A stretch of 64,000 bases of DNA, taken from positions 73,891 through 137,890 of IMG/VR virus record IMGVR_UViG_3300047585_000208; one strand, written 5' to 3'. Below the pieces are notes generated by a model. The model searched no databases and was not told the origin of the DNA. It was given only the letters and a program-made list of their open reading frames with translations. This DNA comes from a virus. Below, in pieces: positions 19,973 through 29,637 of the stretch (its first letter is position 1; each line of letters begins with the position of its first letter). The position numbers were made by a program, and so were the translations under genes.

Positions 19973-20091
19973 GCTTCGACTTGCTTGATCTTGAACAGCA
20001 ACGAAAATGTTTTCATTACACGAAGCTTCAACCGTTATGGGCGGCTGATAATCATCGCAAGGGAAAACGCGCTCAAAGAAGTATTAAAGAC

Positions 20092-21252
20092 GTGAACCTG
20101 ACACACAAGATATCCCTGGACGCCACGTTCAAGCAACGGCATTATTTTGCCCGCGCTGCTGGTACGTCCAGGTTTGTTTACAACCACGCTTTAGCCGAAT
20201 GGAATCGTCAATACTCGGCCGGAGGCAGGCCAACTGCTAACGCCTTGAAGCTGCAATTCAATGCGACGTACAAGGAACTATGGCCCTGGATTGAGGATGT
20301 TCACCGCGATTGCCATTCCCAACCTTTTGCAGATCTTGGCAAAGCGTTCGGCAATTTTTTCAAGGGCCTGGCCAAACGGCCAGTGTTCAAGAAACGCGGT
20401 AAAAGCAGGGCGTCATTTTACGTCGCCAATGACAAGTTTAGCGTGCGTGGCAACACGGTGAGGTTGCCAGTGATCGGCAAAGTGAAGATGCGAGAAGCGT
20501 TGCGGTTCACCGGCAAGATCAATTCGGCCCGCGTGGTTGAAGAGTGCGGCCAGTGGTTCATTTGTATTTCTGTGGACGTTGGTGAGTTCAGTAAGCCACG
20601 CACTGGAGACAGCGTTGTGGGCGTGGACGTTGGCGTTAAAGTGTTGGCCACGCTCGACACGGGCGAACAGATTGAGAATCCCCGTCCGCTCAAGAAGGCT
20701 CAGAAAAGATTACGCCGAGCAAACCGAAAGCTTGCCCGTCGCGTGAAGGGGTCGGCCAACAGGAATAAACAGCGGCAGGTTGTGGCCCGCATCCACCGCC
20801 GCATTCGTAATATCCGTCACGATGTTCTGCACAAATTCACGTCGCGGCTGGCCAAAAACCACGGCACAGTCGTGATCGAAGACCTCAACGTCAAAGGAAT
20901 GGTGAAAAACCATTGTTTGGCGCAAGCGATCAGCGATGCTGGGTTTGGCATGTTCCGTCAATTTCTCGGCTACAAGGTCGTGATACACGGAACGCGGATT
21001 GTCGTGGCGGATAGGTTTTATCCCAGTTCGAAGATGTGTTCGCGCTGCGGAAGAGTCAAGTCTGAGCTTTCACTCAGCGAGCGAGTGTTCATTTGCGAAT
21101 GCGGTAACGTTATTGACCGCGACTGGAACGCCGCTTTGAACCTGAAACAACTAGGGGCGGCTAGCCCCGAAGTAACGCCTGTGGAGTCGTCATGGGGCGA
21201 CAGTGAAGCAGGAACTACACCGCGAGCAGACTCACGTTTGCTCACAAGGTAG
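20092..21252 (+). CDS. tnpB: TnpB RNA-guided endonuclease
   Basis: AGTSRFVYN, RuvC-I GVDVG, RuvC-II IEDLNV, CSRCG..CECG and RuvC-III DRDWNAA; GTG 20092 is the probable start. Confidence 0.95.
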   Translation: MNLTHKISLDATFKQRHYFARAAGTSRFVYNHALAEWNRQYSAGGRPTANALKLQFNATYKELWPWIEDVHRDCHSQPFADLGKAFGNFFKGLAKRPVFKKRGKSRASFYVANDKFSVRGNTVRLPVIGKVKMREALRFTGKINSARVVEECGQWFICISVDVGEFSKPRTGDSVVGVDVGVKVLATLDTGEQIENPRPLKKAQKRLRRANRKLARRVKGSANRNKQRQVVARIHRRIRNIRHDVLHKFTSRLAKNHGTVVIEDLNVKGMVKNHCLAQAISDAGFGMFRQFLGYKVVIHGTRIVVADRFYPSSKMCSRCGRVKSELSLSERVFICECGNVIDRDWNAALNLKQLGAASPEVTPVESSWGDSEAGTTPRADSRLLTR

Positions 21253-21266
21253 AAAGCAGTTGAAAA

Positions 21267-21677
21267 ATGTTGGTAGTCACTGCAAGTCATCTTGATATCG
21301 AGAGTTACAGGTTTGCTAAACACAAGCCTGCTGGAATCATTAACCGGAACACCAAAGAGAATTGGTGTGTCCGTCAGACCGATACAGATTCCGCCCTTTC
21401 ACCAAGGCACCTTTGGACGACAGTCGAAGACCATGTTCATATCCCGGTGCATCAGTACACAGCTCCAGCTGGAACAGACGTACAGCCTATTGGGCTAGGG
21501 ATCAGTATTGGCTGTACCGCTGTGAACGACTTCTACGCAGACTATAAAAGACAGTTTCCGGATGCAAGGATTATCCGACTTCACCTAGTTCTTGGGCACG
21601 AGCCTAAGCTCCGTGGAGGAGTATTAGCGTTTTGGGTAGGATTTGCCTTCCTTGTGGAGGGCGTCCGATTTGATTAA
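21267..21677 (+). CDS. Hypothetical protein
   Basis: 136-aa ORF on the coding strand. Confidence 0.55.
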   Translation: MLVVTASHLDIESYRFAKHKPAGIINRNTKENWCVRQTDTDSALSPRHLWTTVEDHVHIPVHQYTAPAGTDVQPIGLGISIGCTAVNDFYADYKRQFPDARIIRLHLVLGHEPKLRGGVLAFWVGFAFLVEGVRFD

Positions 21678-21769
21678 AAGGAGGAATTACGAGCGTACCA
21701 ATAGTCTCTGGTCGTTACTGGTGCACTTATCGCAGTAGTTGAGTAACGCATTACTCAAAAGGAGAAAGT

Positions 21770-22168
21770 ATGGAAGCTGCAGAAGAAACTTTGAAGGAAT
21801 TAAATGAAATGCTTGCTGAAGATGATTTGACTGCACATGACCCGACGGCTGCCGCTTTTAGCGACTTGCGCGAAACGTCGGCACAGCTAAGGATCGCTAT
21901 TGGACAGTTTAGTAACGTCTCTGTAGCTTATTACAAGCTTCATGACGAAGCCGCTAATGAAGGCGAAGTACCGGATTCGAATGTTATCCTTGAAGTCGAT
22001 AATGAGCGGTTTCGAGTAGACAGCCTCTCGGCAAGGGAGGCCGCACTGTTTCTTACTGAGCGAGCTTTAGTAGAGGCTTTCCGACGAGTGGAGGAACTTA
22101 GCACTCGTGGTATGGAACTTTGTACTTTTCTAATCTCTGCGAGAGCGCCAGATGCCGAAGTTGCCTAG
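21770..22168 (+). CDS. Hypothetical acidic protein
   Basis: Palindrome plus AAGGAG RBS. Confidence 0.7.
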   Translation: MEAAEETLKELNEMLAEDDLTAHDPTAAAFSDLRETSAQLRIAIGQFSNVSVAYYKLHDEAANEGEVPDSNVILEVDNERFRVDSLSAREAALFLTERALVEAFRRVEELSTRGMELCTFLISARAPDAEVA

Positions 22169-23042
22169 TTATAACTTGCCAAGAGTGTTTAGGCATCGGC
22201 TTGCGCTTATGGAGCTCCTGAGTGTTAACTACTCAGGATGCTCCTTGACTGGTAAGGATTTTGAAGATTTTGTTGAAGACGTCAGAAGCACTATTTCTGA
22301 CAAGATCGTTTATTCGGCGCTATACGCCTCGCTCAGGGGGCTCGCTGGTGTTGAGCTTGATAAGCCCAGAATCAGCGAGCTCTCTTGGCGCATTGCTGGG
22401 AATCTTCCAGCTATACTTGCTGGAAAACCTGTAATAGTCTGGAACAACCAGCTTCAGGCAGAGTGGTGCCCTGTTCAGGTTACGGACGCTGTTCCGGGCA
22501 TAGTTCAAGTAGACCAAGTAAGTTACGCGGCTGTAAGACTAGTTTGCTTTGTTATGGCCGGCTCACCGGCGGGGCATCTTTTTGAAAAGGTCTGGCCGGT
22601 TAGGCACATAAAAGCGCTACGTAAGGTGTTTGGGTTTGCTAAGTATGACAAGCAGAAGTACACAGGTGAGGTTCCAAAGCGTCCAGAGTTTCCTTTTCGG
22701 GATATTAGACAACTCGTGAATTTGCGGTTCTTTGGCCAGTTTGAGCCAAGTGAACAAGCTATGTTGCTGCTTGCGGGTGTAGACACGTGCAGCAGTATGA
22801 AGGCCTGGAATAAAAGCACAATGCTTTTAAGAGCCCGCAAAGGCTTTGAGTGTCCGCTTGGTTACTCAGTTAAAGAAGTCCCGTGCTATAGGTGCGAGCT
22901 TGGGTATGACAAATGTCAAGCTGCTTGTCGCCCAACTACCCTTGAAAAAGGAAATTGCGAGAAATGTGGCTTGACGAATGTGTGGATAGATGCTAGAGTA
23001 ACTACCACGTGTGTGGATTGTTCTAGTCATCAGTTGTTATAA
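22152..23042 (+). CDS. Hypothetical protein with Cys-rich C-terminus
   Basis: 296 aa; several CxxC motifs near the C-terminus. Confidence 0.65.
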   Translation: MPKLPSYNLPRVFRHRLALMELLSVNYSGCSLTGKDFEDFVEDVRSTISDKIVYSALYASLRGLAGVELDKPRISELSWRIAGNLPAILAGKPVIVWNNQLQAEWCPVQVTDAVPGIVQVDQVSYAAVRLVCFVMAGSPAGHLFEKVWPVRHIKALRKVFGFAKYDKQKYTGEVPKRPEFPFRDIRQLVNLRFFGQFEPSEQAMLLLAGVDTCSSMKAWNKSTMLLRARKGFECPLGYSVKEVPCYRCELGYDKCQAACRPTTLEKGNCEKCGLTNVWIDARVTTTCVDCSSHQLL

Positions 23043-23052
23043 GGAGCATAGT

Positions 23053-23538
23053 TTGCCAAAGAATCCTTATCGAGAGAAGTCGAACCACCAGCAGGCTGTG
23101 GAGCTTTTTCTTAAGGGCGCTGGGCACGATATCCCAGACAGGCCAATGCTAGCGCCCCAGAAAAAGTTGATCGCTCAGGTGAAGATTTTGTTTGAAGAGG
23201 CGCTTGAGCTGGCTGACGCTGTTGGGATCGACGTCCTGGTTGACGAGATTCCGATTACGAAGAACTCGCTTGAGTTCGACGCAGATATTAATGAGTCGGA
23301 TTTTGTGGATGTTGTTGACGGGGCTTGCGATGTGATGGTCGTCGCTACCGGGTTTCTTTCGCTGTGTGGGGTTTCGGATGTTGGTGTTCAGGCAGAGGTG
23401 GATACCAATAATTTGCTGAAGCTCGATGGCGGAAAAATGAACGGGGCTGGGAAGTTTAAGAAGCCAAAGGGGCATCCGAGGCCGGAGCTGAAGGCTAGGC
23501 TGCTTGAGCAGGGCTGGCAGAAACCAATCGGCGAGTAA
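23053..23538 (+). CDS. MazG-like/PRA-PH NTP pyrophosphohydrolase
   Basis: EEALEL...DGACD..VV..G....G......EV...N..K...GK..KP pattern; AAGGAG then TTG 23053. Confidence 0.78.
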   Translation: MPKNPYREKSNHQQAVELFLKGAGHDIPDRPMLAPQKKLIAQVKILFEEALELADAVGIDVLVDEIPITKNSLEFDADINESDFVDVVDGACDVMVVATGFLSLCGVSDVGVQAEVDTNNLLKLDGGKMNGAGKFKKPKGHPRPELKARLLEQGWQKPIGE

Positions 23539-23559
23539 CGCATTACTCAAGGAGCGGTC

Positions 23560-23769
23560 ATGGACGAACGGGGATTAAATAGCGCTGGCGAGCGGGTTCA
23601 TACAGACGACTTTGGTAATGAGTACGTTTTGGATGAACTTGGTAATCGTCGCCCGCCTATGTACACGAGTAAATGTAGCAAGACGGACGGTTTTACAACA
23701 TACGACACTGATCAAGGGCACTGCTGTCTTTGTGGCAACTTGCTGTGTCGAGGTAGTTGCTTTAAGTAA
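23560..23769 (+). CDS. Small Cys-rich protein
   Basis: Palindrome plus AAGGAG; HCCLCG..LCRGSC. Confidence 0.65.
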   Translation: MDERGLNSAGERVHTDDFGNEYVLDELGNRRPPMYTSKCSKTDGFTTYDTDQGHCCLCGNLLCRGSCFK

Positions 23770-23780
23770 GGAATTTAGTT

Positions 23781-24293
23781 ATGTCATTAGAAGTTCTTAT
23801 ACCCGGTGTTAATGGTGGAGCCGGCATTAGGACCAATCCGAGTAGGGATTGTGCTTATTTATGGCCACAACTCGCTTACATGATTAAAGACGGGTTGGTG
23901 GAGTCCGCTTGGGAGCCATGGTATGAGCATTATTGTAAATCTCAAGGCATTACCGAGTGTGATCTTATGCACGCTCTAGAGTGCTTCTACAGGTTTATGG
24001 TTTTTAGCCATACTCCAGAGATTGGCTGGACAATGGCTGATGCGCTTCGAGAGTCTGGTTTCCTTAGTTGCCCACAGGCCGCGCAACTTGTTGTTGTAGC
24101 GAAAGCTGGCCAATTAACTTGCGGAGCGTGGTGGTATGGCGCTCGCGAGCTTGTTCGGGATAATGAAGCCCCGTCTACTATTCGCAAGATGGGTGAGTGG
24201 GCCGAGCAAACGCGACAGCTGTTATCTAGTTTGTGGAATGTTCAAATTAAGCAGCATGAAGCTGTAGCTGACAAGGCCCAGATGGTCGGTTAA
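23781..24293 (+). CDS. Hypothetical protein
   Basis: 170-aa ORF with AAGGA RBS. Confidence 0.65.
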   Translation: MSLEVLIPGVNGGAGIRTNPSRDCAYLWPQLAYMIKDGLVESAWEPWYEHYCKSQGITECDLMHALECFYRFMVFSHTPEIGWTMADALRESGFLSCPQAAQLVVVAKAGQLTCGAWWYGARELVRDNEAPSTIRKMGEWAEQTRQLLSSLWNVQIKQHEAVADKAQMVG

Positions 24294-24305
24294 GCAAGGA
24301 GCGCG

Positions 24306-25085
24306 ATGTTAACCGTAAATTCAGCATCAATAGAAGCAAACACGATAAAGTCGTTGTTTGCAATCATGAAGGATAAGTTTAGGAACTTTCCTAAGAACTA
24401 CTTGGTTTTCGATGTCGAGACGACTGGCACGGTCTGTGGTAAAGATCTAATCACAGATATTGGGCATACGCTTGTTACTGACGGCGAGGTCACAGATAAG
24501 AATAGCGTCCTGTTGGACTGGACAAGACATGAGCGCGTGGACCAGTCGTGGCTGCAAGAGCGGATGCTACAAACAAAACGTTTTGTGGAGATCACAAAGG
24601 ACGGGAGAAAAAGTGGTAAGACTTACCACGGTAGTTACGAGTTGTTGCGAAATGAGGGCGTTCCACCAGAAGACGCCTTGAAAGCTTATCGCGACATGTT
24701 TGAATCGACCCGTCGTGATGGGCTATTTTTTGTAGCGCATAACGGGATAAGTTTTGATTGTCCTTTGTTAGAAAATCATTTTGTGCAATATCTCGATCAG
24801 CCATGGGAGTTTGCTGATGGTGAGGTATTTGATTCCGGAATGGTGTGTAAAGCCACGCAGATTGCTATGACTGTCTGGCACGGTGAGTCGGTTAGAGAGT
24901 TTTCAAGAAGGGTAGCAGCTCACCGTATGAAAGGCGTGTTTTGGAATCTTGAAAATTTTGCAGTGCAAAAGTATAAATTGCAAGAGAAATACAATTTAGA
25001 CGCAAGTCAGGCACATACAGCGCTTCATGACAGCTATGTGACTCATTTGCTTTTTAAAGAGTTGACAGCACAAGTCGCCGCTTAA
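24306..25085 (+). CDS. DEDDh 3'-5' exonuclease (DnaQ-like)
   Basis: VFDVETTG, AHNGISFD and AHTALHD motifs. Confidence 0.88.
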   Translation: MLTVNSASIEANTIKSLFAIMKDKFRNFPKNYLVFDVETTGTVCGKDLITDIGHTLVTDGEVTDKNSVLLDWTRHERVDQSWLQERMLQTKRFVEITKDGRKSGKTYHGSYELLRNEGVPPEDALKAYRDMFESTRRDGLFFVAHNGISFDCPLLENHFVQYLDQPWEFADGEVFDSGMVCKATQIAMTVWHGESVREFSRRVAAHRMKGVFWNLENFAVQKYKLQEKYNLDASQAHTALHDSYVTHLLFKELTAQVAA

Positions 25086-25107
25086 TTTTCACTAAAGGAG
25101 TATTTAA

Positions 25108-25779
25108 ATGAGGGTAGGAGCAGCAGAAGTAATTATTCTTGGTGGCAATGAAATGGCCGATGGCTATGTCCACCTAGAACACGAGACGCAATATACTTTG
25201 CGAATCTTGAATCACTTTAACCGGCGCGTAGACGCTGAAGTCCGGATTGACAATAAGGATCAGGGCGCTTACCGCGTTGAAGCATTCCGCGCGATTCAGC
25301 TGGAGCGCCCGAGTCACGAAAACGGAAGGTTTACATTTTTCAGAGTTGGTACAGCCGAAGCCGCTCAAGCTGGCGCTGAAAAGATCGATAACCAAGACCG
25401 CGGCCTCGTTCAGGTCACATTCAAAGTTGAGAAGGCCCCCGTTGTCGTGCCAATAAGCAGACGTGGAGCTGGTGGCTCATGCGCCGGTGGTAGACCAGAC
25501 AGCTGGGCCTATACTGGTGGTGTGCGCGGTCAATCCATGAATTGCGCTTCATCGCTAACTTCTGGCGGTGTGCTCGGAGTTGCGGGGGCTCCAGCAGCCT
25601 CGGCCGGTATAACTGGTCTCACAGGCCATAGCAAGCAATCCTTTGTCGAAGTCAAGGAGCTCGACTATGACGAGGCAGCTACTGTAGTAGTTACGCTCCG
25701 TCTCGTCGAGACTACGAACACTGTTCGCGAGCTTGGTGAGGCTCACAAAGGTAATCCAGTGCCCCAGCCAGTTGGTTGA
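25108..25779 (+). CDS. Hypothetical beta-rich protein
   Basis: AAGGAG RBS; ends at the TGA of the palindrome at 25777. Confidence 0.7.
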   Translation: MRVGAAEVIILGGNEMADGYVHLEHETQYTLRILNHFNRRVDAEVRIDNKDQGAYRVEAFRAIQLERPSHENGRFTFFRVGTAEAAQAGAEKIDNQDRGLVQVTFKVEKAPVVVPISRRGAGGSCAGGRPDSWAYTGGVRGQSMNCASSLTSGGVLGVAGAPAASAGITGLTGHSKQSFVEVKELDYDEAATVVVTLRLVETTNTVRELGEAHKGNPVPQPVG

Positions 25780-25857
25780 GTAACGCATTACTCAAATTTC
25801 GGCGTAGATTATAAATCCGCCGCATACGAATCATCGATTTTCAGTTGTGATTATTAA

Positions 25858-26481
25858 ATGAGCAAATCGCTGTTAGAGGTCGATCCAGCTGTTGTAGCTG
25901 AGAAACGTCCAGTTACAACTAAGAAGCTCATTCTTGGGTTAGATCTTGGAACGACTTGTGGATACTCGTACGGTTTTTATGTACCTGGACAACCTGCCAG
26001 CCCAACCTGCATTGATAAGAATTTCGTAGGTAATTGGGATTTGTCAGCTGGGCCGTACGATTCAGGGGCGATTCGGTTCTTGCGATTGCGTTATTTTTTG
26101 TCTGCTGTCAGACCAAATGCGGTTTTTTATGAGGACGTCAAATTTACTCCTCCAGGCATTAATAAATTTAATGCCCACGCAATCCTTGCCCGTACAGCCA
26201 CTTCTAGCGAGTTCATCGGCGCTCTTCGTGCTACGGTTTGTACTTGGGCTCATGAGAACGATGTCCCTTGTACAGGCTTTGGCATTGGGACAATAAAGCG
26301 CAGAGCTACTGCTAGAGGCCGAGCAGATAAAGAAGATATCATCAGAGCTTGCAATGAGATGTTTGGTACGACGCTAGATCCAGACGGGTATCAAACTACT
26401 GGTGTTGACAATATAGCCGACTCAGCATTCGTTTGTCTTTTAGGATTAGAACAATATGCAGCAGGATTTTCCACAACCTGA
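25858..26481 (+). CDS. RuvC-like Holliday junction resolvase
   Basis: LGLDLGT, FYEDV, IKRRATARGRADK and DNIADS. Confidence 0.82.
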   Translation: MSKSLLEVDPAVVAEKRPVTTKKLILGLDLGTTCGYSYGFYVPGQPASPTCIDKNFVGNWDLSAGPYDSGAIRFLRLRYFLSAVRPNAVFYEDVKFTPPGINKFNAHAILARTATSSEFIGALRATVCTWAHENDVPCTGFGIGTIKRRATARGRADKEDIIRACNEMFGTTLDPDGYQTTGVDNIADSAFVCLLGLEQYAAGFSTT

Positions 26482-27136
26482 ACAAGTAACTAGGCAAGAA
26501 CTCCAGCCTAGCGACGGTCAACCTTATCATGTAATGCGTCTCTCAAAAGCAACCGGTCTAACAGACCTAGCGGAGGAGTACGCCTTCTTCACTACCGGTA
26601 TACTGCACGTGCATGGCCGACTTGACTATGATCCAGTCGCGACTTACGTGCAAGAGTATCCAAATTGTTGCCCAATGCGAATTAATCTCCCGACTCCAGC
26701 CTTCAAAGGTCTTAACGTCGGCGATAACGACGTCTGGAATTACGTTATATTTGCCGTGCGTAAAGAAGAGTGGGGTGAGACCAACAAAAAGCTAATGCAG
26801 TACCTGTCTTACCTTGGCATAGTTGACCGAAAGCGCAACCGCTATTCAAGGATGCTCGTACAAGAGCTCCCAATGCTCGATAGGCTCGCACTAGCGAGGA
26901 AGTCTGTTCTTCCATCTCCTTTGCCGTCCGTGAACATCTTTACCTTCGGCCTAGACGGTAATAAAGAGCGCGTCTTCTTTGAACCAGCTTTCGATATGCA
27001 CCCAAAGAAAAAGATCCGAGTCGTAAAACTCGGACCAGACGAAGCTGGAAGACAATTCGCTGAACACATGCGGCAAAGGGCGTTCACTGAAGATAAACTC
27101 TACCCAGAGAAGCAGGAAATCGCCCTGGCTGCCTAA
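26456..27136 (+). CDS. Hypothetical protein
   Basis: 226-aa ORF overlapping the end of the resolvase gene. Confidence 0.65.
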   Translation: MQQDFPQPEQVTRQELQPSDGQPYHVMRLSKATGLTDLAEEYAFFTTGILHVHGRLDYDPVATYVQEYPNCCPMRINLPTPAFKGLNVGDNDVWNYVIFAVRKEEWGETNKKLMQYLSYLGIVDRKRNRYSRMLVQELPMLDRLALARKSVLPSPLPSVNIFTFGLDGNKERVFFEPAFDMHPKKKIRVVKLGPDEAGRQFAEHMRQRAFTEDKLYPEKQEIALAA

Positions 27137-27147
27137 AGGAGAAATTC

Positions 27148-28038
27148 GTGTCGGATAAAACAGCTCTTGGCGATCGAATGAAATGGTATGAGGGTCGCTA
27201 CACTGAGCAGACCTTCATGCCGTTTTGCCCAGTTATTGCGAGACTTGACGGTCGGGCTTTTCACACCTTTACGCACGATCTTGAGCGGCCATTCGATAAG
27301 CGGTTTTCTGACTTGATGATTGAGACAACGAAGTTCCTTGTCAAAGAGGCTGTTGCGGCTTGTGGTTATACGCAGTCAGACGAGATTAGTCTCACTTGGC
27401 TTACTGAGGACTGGACCAGTGAGATTTTCTTTGGCGGTAAGTTGCAGAAGATGAACTCAGTCTTAGCATCACTCGCTACAGCCTTTTTTAATACGAAGCT
27501 TAAGGCTTATCTGCCCAACAAGGCAGAGGCTATAGCAGAAGATGCAACCAAGTGCCCTGTATTTGATTGCCGGGCCTTCCAAGTTCCAACAGTCTCAGAA
27601 GCCGTTAACTGTTTCATTTGGCGAGAGATGGACGCGACTCGCAACTCGGTTCAAATGGCGGTTAGGTCTTTGTATAGCCACAAAGACTGCGATATGAAGA
27701 AGACCCACGACCTTATGGACATGCTTTTCCATAAAGGTGTTAACTGGGATGATTATCCGGCTTTCTTTAAGCGCGGAACTTATGTTCGTCATCGAGTTGT
27801 TGATCGAGCCTTCGCCAAGGAAGAGCTCGAAGCCTTACCACCTAAGCACGCTGTTCGGCAAAACCCTGATTTGCGGATTCGCCGAACGGTTGTGATGCAG
27901 GAGAACTTTCCGCCGCTTGCACGAATTTCAAATCGAATTAATGTTATTCTGCATGGCGCTGATCCTATTACGATTGCAGAGAAGATTTTTAAGGACGTGG
28001 ACGATGAAGATCAAGTTACATCTGCCTCGGCAGTTTGA
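27148..28038 (+). CDS. Thg1-like tRNA(His) guanylyltransferase / 3'-5' polymerase
   Basis: GDRMKWYE, RLDGRAFH.FT, YTQSDEIS, FDCR, WR..DA.RNS and FKRGT. Confidence 0.93.
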   Translation: MSDKTALGDRMKWYEGRYTEQTFMPFCPVIARLDGRAFHTFTHDLERPFDKRFSDLMIETTKFLVKEAVAACGYTQSDEISLTWLTEDWTSEIFFGGKLQKMNSVLASLATAFFNTKLKAYLPNKAEAIAEDATKCPVFDCRAFQVPTVSEAVNCFIWREMDATRNSVQMAVRSLYSHKDCDMKKTHDLMDMLFHKGVNWDDYPAFFKRGTYVRHRVVDRAFAKEELEALPPKHAVRQNPDLRIRRTVVMQENFPPLARISNRINVILHGADPITIAEKIFKDVDDEDQVTSASAV

Positions 28039-28279
28039 AGGTAAAGTCGAAGCCAAGGATAACACTTTGGTAATCGAGCCACACTTTGCTTTCGCGACCC
28101 AAGCTAAGACAATCGCGTTTGTTGAGGTTGTGGATGATAGTGGCCAAAAGATCGTTCATTCTCAGCTTGTAGTCAGCGGGCGGGACGGGAAGCTCGTTGT
28201 TAAACCAGATAAAAAAGTTTCGTCTGCGTTTGACGGTGGGCTACCGGAAGTGAAAATGGAGGCGCCTAATGCTGTTTGA
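28004..28279 (+). CDS. Hypothetical protein
   Basis: ATG 28004 after AAGGA. Confidence 0.55.
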   Translation: MKIKLHLPRQFEGKVEAKDNTLVIEPHFAFATQAKTIAFVEVVDDSGQKIVHSQLVVSGRDGKLVVKPDKKVSSAFDGGLPEVKMEAPNAV

Positions 28280-28409
28280 GATATTTTCACCACAGCCTTT
28301 CCCTGCAGACTATTTAACCATTGCCGATTATCTTGGTATTTTAGGTTTGCTGGGTATGTGGTTTGGCCTAATATTGTTCGTAACGAAGTGGTTAAGCAAA
28401 GATGAGTGA
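28269..28409 (+). CDS. Small single-TM protein (46 aa)
   Basis: Translated by hand: MLFEIFSPQPFPADYLTIADYLGILGLLGMWFGLILFVTKWLSKDE; GGAGG RBS; fills the gap between genes. Confidence 0.5.
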   Translation: MLFEIFSPQPFPADYLTIADYLGILGLLGMWFGLILFVTKWLSKDE

Positions 28410-28812
28410 AGAAGCTGTAAAGCTACCGTATTACTTGATCACAGCCTCAGAAGGCCAAGAGTCAACCTGCATATCCTTTAACGATCGCTGCGAGCTTGTC
28501 GCAGCGATTAAGGTGCTTAGGCAAAAGGTTAAGTCTGGTAGGCAGACGCGAATCTTTGTTATTCGTGGCGAGCGGCTTCAGACGACTGTTCCGCCTTACC
28601 CTTATTTGATTGAGGTTGGTCAACAGCCAGTCGCGCTGTTTGACCATCCACAGATGGGGGTTGTTAGTGATAGCGGGGATCTTCTTGGCGATGTTCAAGT
28701 TAAGCAACCGCTTAGCGAGTATGTACTCGCGACTCAGGCCGCGATTGCCGAGCATAAGACGTTGATTGCTCAGGAGGAAGAAGAGGAAGAATTACTAGAG
28801 GATGAGAGCTGA
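28402..28812 (+). CDS. Hypothetical protein with acidic tail
   Basis: 136-aa ORF. Confidence 0.6.
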   Translation: MSEEAVKLPYYLITASEGQESTCISFNDRCELVAAIKVLRQKVKSGRQTRIFVIRGERLQTTVPPYPYLIEVGQQPVALFDHPQMGVVSDSGDLLGDVQVKQPLSEYVLATQAAIAEHKTLIAQEEEEEELLEDES

Positions 28813-28857
28813 AATTAAGCTGTATTCGTTTCGTTATTAAGTAAGGCATTACTCATT

Positions 28858-28889
28858 AGCCAAAGGTCAACAAACCTTTGGCTTTTTTT
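28858..28889 (+). terminator. Intrinsic terminator
   Basis: AGCCAAAGG...CCTTTGGC followed by a T run, directly after the palindrome at 28838. Confidence 0.75.
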
Positions 28890-29045
28890 AAAGGAGGGTC
28901 GTAATGGAAAAGGCTTATTGTGCTAATCAGTTCAAGCTCTAAAATTTAGCCGTATTTGCGGCACTATTGTATGTAGAGCTCTATATGCTCTTTTAGCCAG
29001 ACGATCCGGTAATCGTTTGGCTTTCTCTTTTAAGGGAGGACTCTC

Positions 29046-29591
29046 ATGTTTACGGCAATCAAGTCGTTCTTTACTCGTACGGCTGCGGCCTGTATTACGA
29101 GTGTCAAAGACTCAATGCAGAGAATCGACAGCCGGTGGAAGCCGGTTCAAGCTGCTTTGGCCGCAGCAGCGGAAGCAACGGTTGGGGATACGGCAAAGGC
29201 CATTCCGACCAACATGCAGAACACGCGAGACGCGGCGAGATCTTACACAACCTCAGTTGTGCAGTTCGGCCTCACAGCCGGAGCAGCCGCCGTATTACTG
29301 CCGGCTGGGCTTGTGGCAACGTGCTTCTCCGCGACTGTGTTCGGTGTGGTCGAGACAGTCGCTATGGTGTATGCCATTCTCGAAGCCCTCTACCACGCGG
29401 TTGTCAATGGGCTTCGCGGCCGGACCTTGATCGAAGGACTGGTAGCACTAGCCGTAGCGGGCATCGCGGCTTATCTAGTTATGCAGTACAAGGTGGTTCA
29501 GCTGCCAATGCGCCTTGGCTGGTTTGTCTGGCGGAAGGCGTCTAGCTTTGGACTGCCCTGGTCACGGCGTACGGCTATCGTGGTCGCGTAA
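29046..29591 (+). CDS. Membrane protein
   Basis: GGAGG RBS; several hydrophobic Ala/Val-rich helices. Confidence 0.65.
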   Translation: MFTAIKSFFTRTAAACITSVKDSMQRIDSRWKPVQAALAAAAEATVGDTAKAIPTNMQNTRDAARSYTTSVVQFGLTAGAAAVLLPAGLVATCFSATVFGVVETVAMVYAILEALYHAVVNGLRGRTLIEGLVALAVAGIAAYLVMQYKVVQLPMRLGWFVWRKASSFGLPWSRRTAIVVA

Positions 29592-29637
29592 CAAAACAAC
29601 TCAAAGGTACAATTTTATCGTCCCAAGGAGAATACGC

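Larger units (their letters stand above)
19868..21260 (+). mobile_element. Degenerate IS607-type element (tnpA remnant + tnpB + omega-RNA right end)
   Basis: MerR-type HTH remnant, intact TnpB, and hairpin-rich 3' end duplicated at 63380-63505; left boundary approximate. Confidence 0.7.

Noticed and set aside
19969-20091. 427-aa TnpB starting at 19969
   Set aside because: The first 41 codons look like an HNH remnant; TnpB homology begins at GTG 20092.
18588-23538. Z-genome (datZ/mazZ/purZ) cluster
   Set aside because: The HD and MazG-like genes are separated, common in phages, and no PurZ is present in the window.
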